Shown: positions 55,794 through 64,000 of the stretch, piece by piece
Layout of the letters: every line of letters begins with the position of its first letter
Position numbering within the stretch: the stretch's first letter is position 1
Assembly (NCBI GenBank): GCA_964016885.1
Contig: OZ024752.1
Span: 19,468,001-19,532,000 of the forward strand
Origin: Eledone cirrhosa
Taxonomy: Eukaryota
Length of the DNA: 64,000 nucleotides
Direction of reading: 5' to 3'
Translations under genes and position numbers: made by a program
Notes under the pieces: generated by a model
What the model saw: the letters and a program-made list of their open reading frames with translations, nothing else
What the model was told of the DNA's origin: nothing
Databases searched by the model: none

Positions 55794-56510
55794 AAAGAGA
55801 TATTTAATTTGTTGGTTATTCAACAAATTTATTTATAACAGATTCGAAGCACTCTACAGATTTTCTTCTGGAGTATAATATCAATGATATTAATAAATGG
55901 AAACTATGTTTATAAAACCATATTTATTTTATTATATATATTTCAAGGGTACCAACATTTTGGTACGCTCTCATCAGATAAAATACAAAAGTTGTTTTAT
56001 AAATATTGACATATCCAAAAAAAGAAAAAACAAGAACTTATCGTGTTAAGTTCAGTTTGGATAGTGAAAGAAATTTCAAATTTTAGGATATGTTAATGAG
56101 GCTAAACATACAGTTGAAAAAGATCATTATATTTAGACGCTAGGTAAATTTAAATAATTATTAGGATAATTTTTTTACACCCTAATATTAATATTAACCT
56201 CTCTCTCTTCTTCCCTTAAAAAATTATCCTAATAATTATTTAAATTTACCTAGCGTCTAAATATAATGATCTTTTTCAACTGTATGTTTAGCCTCATTAA
56301 CATATTCATCCTAAAATTTGAAATTTCTTTCACTATCCAAACTGAACTTAACACGATAAGTTCTTGTTTTTTTGGATATGTCAATATTTATAAAACAACT
56401 TTTGTATTTTATCTGATGAGAGCGTACCAAAATTTTGGTACCCTTGAAATATATATAATAAAATAAATATGGTTTTATAAAGATAATTTCTATTTATTAA
56501 TATCATTGAT
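55790..56510. mobile_element. Palindromic PLE 3' repeat (family of 5745-9350) with hammerheads at 55926-55984 (minus) and 56406-56464 (plus)
   Basis: Inverted arms of about 290 bp; ATTTTAT CTGATGA GAGCGTACC...GGTACCCTT GAAA TATATA TA ATAAAAT. Confidence 0.9.
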
Positions 56511-56564
56511 ATATATATATATATATATATTCATTTATTTGTGTACGTGTGGGTGTGTTTTTTA

Positions 56565-56596
<32 letters not shown>

Positions 56597-56934
56597 ATTA
56601 TTCAAGTAAAGAAAAGTTGGTTGACCACATTATATGTATATATATGTGTATATAAATATATATATATATATATATGTATTATGTATGTATATATATATAT
56701 GTATGTATATATATATATGTATATGTGTATGTATGTGTAGATCTATATTTATTCATATATATTTTCTCTAGGTATTGGTGCAAGCACACATGTGCCATTG
56801 TTGACCAGCTCTTGGGACACAGTATGGTGACCTCCCTTATGCTTGAATGACCCCTGCCTGTGTTCAAAATCTCTGCGACCACTACTGCATTCTTGACCAC
56901 CAAAACTATCTTTACTTACTTCCCTTTCCCTCTC

Positions 56935-56966
<32 letters not shown>

Positions 56967-57464
56967 GTTTGTGTGTGTATGTATGCGTGTGTGTATGTAG
57001 TTGTATGTATTTGTGTGGGTATGTTAATTTGTATATATCGGTTGTTTATTTGTCAAGATGCCCTTATACATAGGTGGCTGTATTGTGTGTCTGGTGAATT
57101 CTGGGCCCCTGATTGGACAATCTCCTTATACTTGTTTATAACAAGCTGGTTTGTCCACAGATCTGATGTGAATTTTGTTGTGATAACACTTGTCTGAGGA
57201 TCAGGTAGATCTGGAATCTGGTCTGGAATATTAACCTGGATCAGGAGCTGACTGTTTGTGAAACGATTGTAACCAGGACTGATCAATAAATTCTTGATGT
57301 AACACCTCCCCTTTGTTCTTATTATGAACAAGGTTCTTATTAGCCAACATTCCGCCTGAGTCAAAAATAAAGACATAAACACATTTTTTTCTTCTCTGCT
57401 TTTTCTTTGCTTGTTTCCTTAAAGTTTACCTTTCTTCCGTTGATGTACATCTATTACACAATTT

Positions 57465-57522
57465 ACACCTGAAGATGTCACCAGGTTCTAATGTCACCTA
57501 GCCACTGAAATGCGCATAGTGT
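57465..57522 (+). ncRNA. Minimal type-I hammerhead ribozyme (weak stem II)
   Basis: ACAC CTGAAGA TGT...ACT GAAA TGCGCA TA GTGT. Confidence 0.65.
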
Positions 57523-57711
57523 TGGCAAAAATAAATATTTAAGGAAATTCAACATTTTTGGCCGCCTATAATTTCACTTTATAATATGTTTACTCCTGCA
57601 CCACCAACATGATTCAACATCAAAGATGGATGAGTTGCATAATGTCGAGTGCTTTTCTCATATTACATTATGGTTAACATTGCAGAATGTGATAAACCAC
57701 CGAATTTAAAC

Positions 57712-57747
<36 letters not shown>

Positions 57748-57964
57748 AGCCAGAATCAGCTCCCGTCCCACCCTTGCAATCAGGGAAAAGTGGACGTAAA
57801 ATGAAATGATGATGATGATATATAAGTATTTCAATGTGGTCTACCTTTGGTGTTAGGGTCCGTACCGTAGGTAGAACTCAATGTAATCCGATAGCGAGTA
57901 ATCCAGTGAAATCCATAGAAAGGTTCCGTGTTCTGCTGAGTTAATTCCTTAGATACAGAGTCAG

Positions 57965-58337
57965 ATATTAGGTATTAATTTAACAATGAAAATAATAACA
58001 ACAAAGTCGAGTTATTTTACCTATTCATATCATTGTTTTATGATGGTTTCGAAGAGTTGATCATATTGACTGATCTATAGCAGTTATATAACTGTATACA
58101 TTCAGACTTCATATATAGGTTCGATGAGACCGTCTTTCTTTGAAAAAGAAAGTCTGTTTTCGAAGAAGACGGTCTCATTGAACCTATATATGAAGTCTGA
58201 TGGTATACAGTTATATAACTGCTATAGATCAGTCAATATGATCAACTCTCCGAAACCATCGTAAAACAATGATATGAATAGGTAAAATAACTCGACTTTG
58301 TTGTTATTATTTTCATTGTTGAATTAATACCTAATAT
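57965..58337. repeat. Inverted repeat of about 175 bp, probably a fold-back remnant
   Basis: ATATTAGGTATTAATT...AATTAATACCTAATAT. Confidence 0.85.
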
Positions 58338-58977
58338 ATATATGTATGTTTATATGTATGTATCTATGTATGTCAGATCACCAGTTGGTGCTACTGGTAA
58401 CATGTATCCCAGTACAACCTGTCCCATGGTCGGGTTATTGGCGACTAAACTGGCAACCCCACCAAGGTTTCTTGGTGAGGAGGGTGACTTTGGACATCCT
58501 GCAGGACTAAAAACAAAACCTGTCAAAGGGCAAAGGAGCTCTTAAGAGTCAATGGCCATTCAAAATCACCGGGAGAGATGACCCCTTAGCCTTTGTCAAG
58601 GCAGAATTCTAGGAGAAGGAAAACTCTGATATAACACCTGCAACCCTGATGGTATCCAATGATGTTGACTTGTTCTTCTCTTTGGTAAATATCATCTTGG
58701 TTAAGAGAGTGGGACTGGCTTTGTGCAGTGCCTTTGCTCACTATAAAAGCTTCACGGCACAGGCATTGCTTTATATCTGGAGATCTCTCTGCAATTGTCA
58801 TCACATGGTACCATGGGCCCAGCACTATGTGTCAATAATTGTCACAAGTGTAGTGTTTGTACCAGAGTTTTCAAGTCGCTAGCTGGACTAAAAAGTCACA
58901 CTCGTTCAGCGCATCGGTAGGGGTTCTCCTACATGGATATAAAGTAGTGGCCATACTCGAAAACGAGTTGGCAGCCA

Positions 58978-59065
<88 letters not shown>

Positions 59066-59739
59066 ATATAATGTTTGTACAGTCCATTTACCTTTAAGAC
59101 CCAACAACATTTAAATTCCTTCAATACTTCGATGAACTAGGAAAATCGACTAAAAGGAGAAACAAAAATAAACCGAAATAAAAATAAAAATCTGCCAATC
59201 AGAACCAAAAGCCACGAATCATTGAATAAAAGCGATGTAATATAAAGAAAAACAATGATTTAGTCTTTGTATAAAATATTAAACTGGTTAGTTTCCATAA
59301 AATAATATTTTGTTTTAATGTCATTCTCTTCTTCAGGGGCCATGTTTTCCCTTTTGTTGTTTTAATAGTTTTTTTTTGTTGATTCATTATTTTTATTATG
59401 TTTCATTCTTTTTTTATAGATGTGGGTTAGATAAACATGAAACCCCACTCCCCATAAGTTTGTGTTTATTTGGCAGTTCAATTATTGGTGAGTAAAACAT
59501 AGTAATTCCACCCACATGGAGCAAAAACAAATATATTTCCAGCAGGTAATAACTCGTATGCTGCTACACACAATTGAAAAACAATGATTTGAACTAGTAA
59601 TAACAGACGTTTTTGATATATGTGCAGTGCCAGATTGGTGGGGCTTTAAGTTAGATAAAGCTTCAATGATTCTTGTTGATAAATGACATCAGAGGTACCT
59701 CAAGAATTGAAAAACATACGTGCCTTTTAATTATTTTAA

Positions 59740-59927
59740 CCCTTTAGTATTTAAACTGGCCAGAATTCTTTCATCTCTTTCCATTTAAACTGGCTATTCA
59801 TTCTGATGTTAAGGTATTGTTCTCAAAATAAATAATATCCAAATCTCATAGATTCAATATTATGTGAGATAAAGCATTTACCGTCAAAATATAATAGTAT
59901 ATATAGAGTAATGTAAATGCTAAAGGG
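59740..59927. mobile_element. piggyBac-type MITE
   Basis: TTAA|CCCTTTAGTATTTA...TAAATGCTAAAGGG|TTAA. Confidence 0.8.
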
Positions 59928-60051
59928 TTAAGGTCCTTGCAGTTTGTAAGTTCCTAAGCTGTCATTTATATAGCTTATGCCTAAATCCAGTACCGTGGTT
60001 TTGTATGACACAATCATTTTTATCCAATAAAAATAATTTAGCTATTATTGA

Positions 60052-60312
60052 CTACGCATGGGTATAATCAATTTCTTTAATGTTACTAAGTCCGTCAATT
60101 TTAGTTAAAGCCGTTTGATTTGATGTGTCCCTGGAAATTTCCAAAGCAACCTCATCTGAGGTTGCACCGATGGCCTCAGTCGTGTGAAAGGTTAGTTGTG
60201 GTGGATCCATTGAAAAAAGTTTAAATTCAGGTAGGAACGTTAATAAGTAAGCCACATTCAGTATTGCTAATAACCACTCAGATATAGTTGCAACAAGATG
60301 TTCAGCAAATCC
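60052..60312 (-). CDS. DRAM: Last coding exon of a DRAM/TMEM150-like (Frag1/DRAM/Sfk1 family) membrane protein
   Basis: Acceptor TCATTTTTATTGTAG|, phase 0; GFAEHLVATISEWLLAILNVAYLLTFLPEFK resembles the last TM helix of DRAM2 (GYVLHMITTAAEW...FLTYIRDF); TAG stop at 60052. Confidence 0.8.
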   Translation of the reverse strand, partial: GFAEHLVATISEWLLAILNVAYLLTFLPEFKLFSMDPPQLTFHTTEAIGATSDEVALEISRDTSNQTALTKIDGLSNIKEIDYTHA

Positions 60313-60429
60313 CTACAATAAAAATGAGAAAGACATTTTAGAAGTTAAGAAATATAGATTTAATTATATATGTTATGTACATATACATGTTTATATATAT
60401 ATATATTTATATGTATATATATATATATA

Positions 60430-60782
60430 TATTAAATTCAAATATTTATAAAATAGATGTTCTTGTGAGCAATTAAATTTTATTATACATATTTCAGAGG
60501 TACGTGAATCAGGTTCAACAGATTTAATCAAGGTAGTACTACCTTGATTAAATCTTAACCATCTAACATCTCAGGATATGTCATGTATCATTTTATTTTA
60601 TCTGATGAGGACGTACCTCTGAAATATGTATAATAAAATTTAATTGATCACAAGAACATCTATTTTATTAATATTTGAATTTAATATTAATAACTCTGGA
60701 AAATATTTTTTTGTAGAGTGCTTCCAATCTACTGTAAAACTCATTCTTTGATGTACTCATTGAATCTTGTTTAACTCTTTAA
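60430..60782. mobile_element. Asymmetric palindromic remnant with a hammerhead at 60595-60639 (+)
   Basis: ATTTTAT CTGATGA GGACGTACCTCT GAAA TATGTA TA ATAAAAT; inverted partial arm at 60430-60504. Confidence 0.8.
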
Positions 60783-60938
60783 TATATATATATATATATT
60801 TATCATAAGTACAGATTAAAGTATAAGCAAAGAATCACTGCTTTGACCCTTTTACGGGATCTTCTGAAACTCTCTCTCTCTATATATATACATATAATCC
60901 TTATCAAGCCCTCTTTGGATTTTAGTTTTCATATTTAT

Positions 60939-60989
<51 letters not shown>

Positions 60990-61019
60990 GTTTCCATTGG
61001 TCTTCCTTTTGCTGATACT

Positions 61020-61365
61020 ATCCACCGCTCACAACTCCTGGCAGAAGGAGCAACATGAAATAAAGTATTTGCTGAAGAACACAACACGTCATCTGGTCTA
61101 GGAATTGAACATACGATCTTATAATAATGAGTTCAACACCCTGACCACTAGGCCATGTGTTTCCACAATTCAGGTATAAGGCCAGCAAATTTAAGGGGAG
61201 GAAAAAATCGATTAAACCAATCTCAGTACTTGACTGGTACTTTATTTTATCACCTTCGAAAGGATGAAAAGCAAAGTTGACCTCGGTTGGATTTGAACTT
61301 AGAACGTAAAGAGTTGTAAGTAAACACTGCCTAGCATTTTCCCAACACTCTATCAATTCTGCCAC
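61020..61365 (-). mobile_element. Two adjacent degenerate SINEs (second family and Meta-domain long variant)
   Basis: Heads TGGCCTAGTGG and TGGCAGAATTG, plus Meta core. Confidence 0.75.
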
Positions 61366-61815
61366 TGTTGATCACCACAATGACTTCTACTGCTTCAATA
61401 CAGATCAATCATCTTGCATAATTAATCACTAATTTTTTGTCTTATTTTGATTTTCCCAAATAAGTTTCAATCGGAGCCATAAAAATAAGCTTTAAATATC
61501 ATAACACTGACTGAACAGTCTAGAGATAAATGAATAATAAATATATTATTAAGTCTGTATGTAATAAATAAATATCATGTCGGTATGTGATAATAAAGGG
61601 ATATCAAGTGTGTGTGTGTGATAAATGTTATCAAGTGTGTGTGTGTGATAAATGTTATCAAGTGTGTGTGTGATAAATGTTAATATTCTGTTGATATGCA
61701 GCTAGATATCAGAATTAGATCAATTTAAATACTGTATTGCAACAGGATAAATGTTGATAGAAATTATGACAATCTGTCCAAACTCCTTGTCAATACACAA
61801 TCACACATATATATA

Positions 61816-62351
61816 AAAAAGTGCAGGGCGATCAAAATAGACGGTAGCCACGGAGTAGGCAGACTTGATAAATTCCGACCTCACACACTTACACCTCTCC
61901 AAACAATGTCACTGGACCGAGATCTTTGGCGCTACGCAGTAATACAGAAGACCCGCCTTGCCTAAGTACAAAGCGAAACCTACAGTCAGTAGGCACCTCT
62001 AACACAAATACACCCCTGTCCCACTACCCCCACCCCATCCACACCACCCCTTCCAATGTAAAGCTATGTTGGTGCCACAACATCCAGTCCTAAATAAATG
62101 AGGTCGTGTAGGTGTCATGACAAAAAAGCACCCAGTCCACGCTGTAATGTGGCCGTGTAGGTAACACGGTAAAAACCTCCCAGTCCACACTGTAAACGTG
62201 GTTGGTGTTAGGAAGGGCATCCAGCCGTAGAAAACCCGCCAGACAGTCCTATACGAGCAAGACAACCAATCTTGCCTCAAGTGGGAAAACTCCCATCCAA
62301 ACCCATGCAAGCGTGGAAGATGGACGTTAAACGATGATGATGATGATGATA
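61816..62351 (+). mobile_element. RTE LINE 3' end
   Basis: KKCRAIKIDGS...DRDLWRYAVIQKTR, 3' UTR and (GAT)n tail. Confidence 0.88.
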
Positions 62352-63155
62352 TATATACACGCACACTCTCTCACTCATATATATATAAGTTAGTTCCACA
62401 ACAGTTAATAAACCATTTTCGAGGACACGTGTTTTACCTTGCAGATGTTCAACTTGACAGCTTGAAGCAATCCAACGAAGCTACACCAAGAGGATTACCA
62501 TGGAGATGAGCTACTGGTAGAGGCTAAAGGAACTTTGTTATTTACACATTCTAAATACACTTAGGTGGATCTTTGTATACCTACACTATTATAAACAGTT
62601 CCTAATCTTCCTTAGGTAAACCTGGAATATTTTCACCCTTGTTACAATATACATACAGCCCTATGGAACTGGCCGAACAGATAGATATGACACCTTACTA
62701 GACTAAGGGTGGATTTTTGGGGTGTCTGAATATTAAAGAAAAAACAAGTAAAATAGTGTATAAGGTTCTTGTGCCACAGAGTAATAACTAAATTTCTTTA
62801 TCAGGAACTGAATTAGTATTAAAATATAAATGCTTTCCTCTTTAGTTTAACTTAAACTTTCTAACTACCTTCTCTGATTCTTAAACGCTGAAATTATATT
62901 CTTTTCCCATTTTTTTCTTATCTCTTTGAATTGAAGTTTACCGTTTCTATAAATGAAAGATAGTTGTATAGGATTAAATCTCTCTTAATGCCATCCATGC
63001 ACACTGGTTTGGCATCCCACATTGGATGTGTCTAGGTTGTGGGGTGTGGTGTTAATGAGTGTTGATGAAGATTTCAAGGAATTAAAGCATTCACACACAC
63101 ATACATATATACATATATACACACAGAAAATGGTGAAGGTTGACATCAAGATAAG

Positions 63156-63487
63156 GGTGTTTAAGAAAATGGTTGTAAAAAAATCCCCTCCTGCTGGTTA
63201 TGTTCCAAAACTATCTTCTTTTTTTTTTTTTACTGTCATCCCATTCTTATCAAAAGACATGTATCTTACACCTCATTAAAACCCACCACCACCACCACCA
63301 CCAGACATGCACCTAAATTCATCTTTGATATAGAAATTTGTAGAAGATGTTCTTTATAAATTTAAGATAGTTGATTCAGCAATAAGAAATGAATTTGAAA
63401 AACATCCTGCCATTATATTCATCAAAGGTCATCTATTGAAGTAAAACCAGCAGGAGGGGATTTTTTACAACCACTTTCTTAAACACC
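63156..63487. mobile_element. MITE-like element with TIRs of about 44 bp
   Basis: GGTGTTTAAGAAAATGGTTGTAAAAAAATCCCCTCCTGCTGGTT and its reverse complement. Confidence 0.7.
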
Positions 63488-63489
63488 TC

Positions 63490-63778
63490 TGATCATAAAG
63501 GGACGTAACTCTATGCTTCAAAGCATGGTGTCTGACTCTCTACCGATACTGCCAATCCAATAATGGTTTCTTATATAGGCACAAGGCCAGCAATTTTGGG
63601 GGAGGGGAAAGTCGATTAAATCGACTCCAGTGCATGTCTGGTACTTTATTTTATTGACCTCGTAAGGATGAAAGGCGAAGTTAACCTCAGCGGGATTTGA
63701 ACTCAGATCATAAAGGGCCGTAACTCTATGCTGCAAAGCATGGCGTCCGACCCTCTACCGATACTGCCAATCCACCAC
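63490..63778 (-). mobile_element. Meta-domain SINE (long variant) plus a duplicated head fragment
   Basis: Family match. Confidence 0.88.
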
Positions 63779-64000
63779 CCTTAATAATAATAACAACAAT
63801 AATAATAACGACAACAACAACAACAATAATAATATACATATATATATACACACAGGCGCACACATATAAACATATCTACACACACAAACGATAGCAATTA
63901 ACAATGCTGCGATCGAATGTGGCTTTTTAGCCCAGCCAATTATCTAAAATGTCTTGCACAGAGTCGGCAACCAAAACATTCACTGGGAATAGCCGGCTGT

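Noticed and set aside
58381-58455. Possible HDV-like ribozyme in an RTE 5' UTR-like segment
   Set aside because: CCAGT/ACTGG pairing and CTAA are present, but I could not build P1, P1.1 and P3
62430-62530. Candidate upstream DRAM exon (minus-strand donor AAG|GTAAAA)
   Set aside because: The frame I could read contains a stop and shows no convincing family motif

Overview
AT-rich, repeat-dominated animal DNA; the SINE family, (TA)n density and TE mix suggest an octopod cephalopod (inference). The only host coding sequence I can support is the last exon of a DRAM/TMEM150 (Frag1/DRAM/Sfk1 family) gene on the minus strand (60052-60312). The rest is transposon and tandem-repeat DNA. Retroelements: four Penelope-like (PLE) copies, three with the Naiad-type CxCx5C linker, plus RTE, CR1/L2 and CRE-like LINE fragments and about 20 tRNA-derived SINE copies. 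DNA elements: three Helitrons, a near-intact DD37D (maT) Tc1/mariner, a decayed Chapaev3-like transposon and several MITEs. Seven minisatellite arrays are also present. The main signal not shown by the ORF track is about 17 type-I hammerhead ribozyme (HHR) motifs from about 10 different repeat families. Two of these families carry a compensatory U3-A8 core. Many HHRs sit in short asymmetric palindromes inserted into (TA)n tracts, whose short arm ends at a TA-like microhomology and whose turn lies in or near the ribozyme. All structures were folded by eye. Coordinates of diffuse repeats are approximate.
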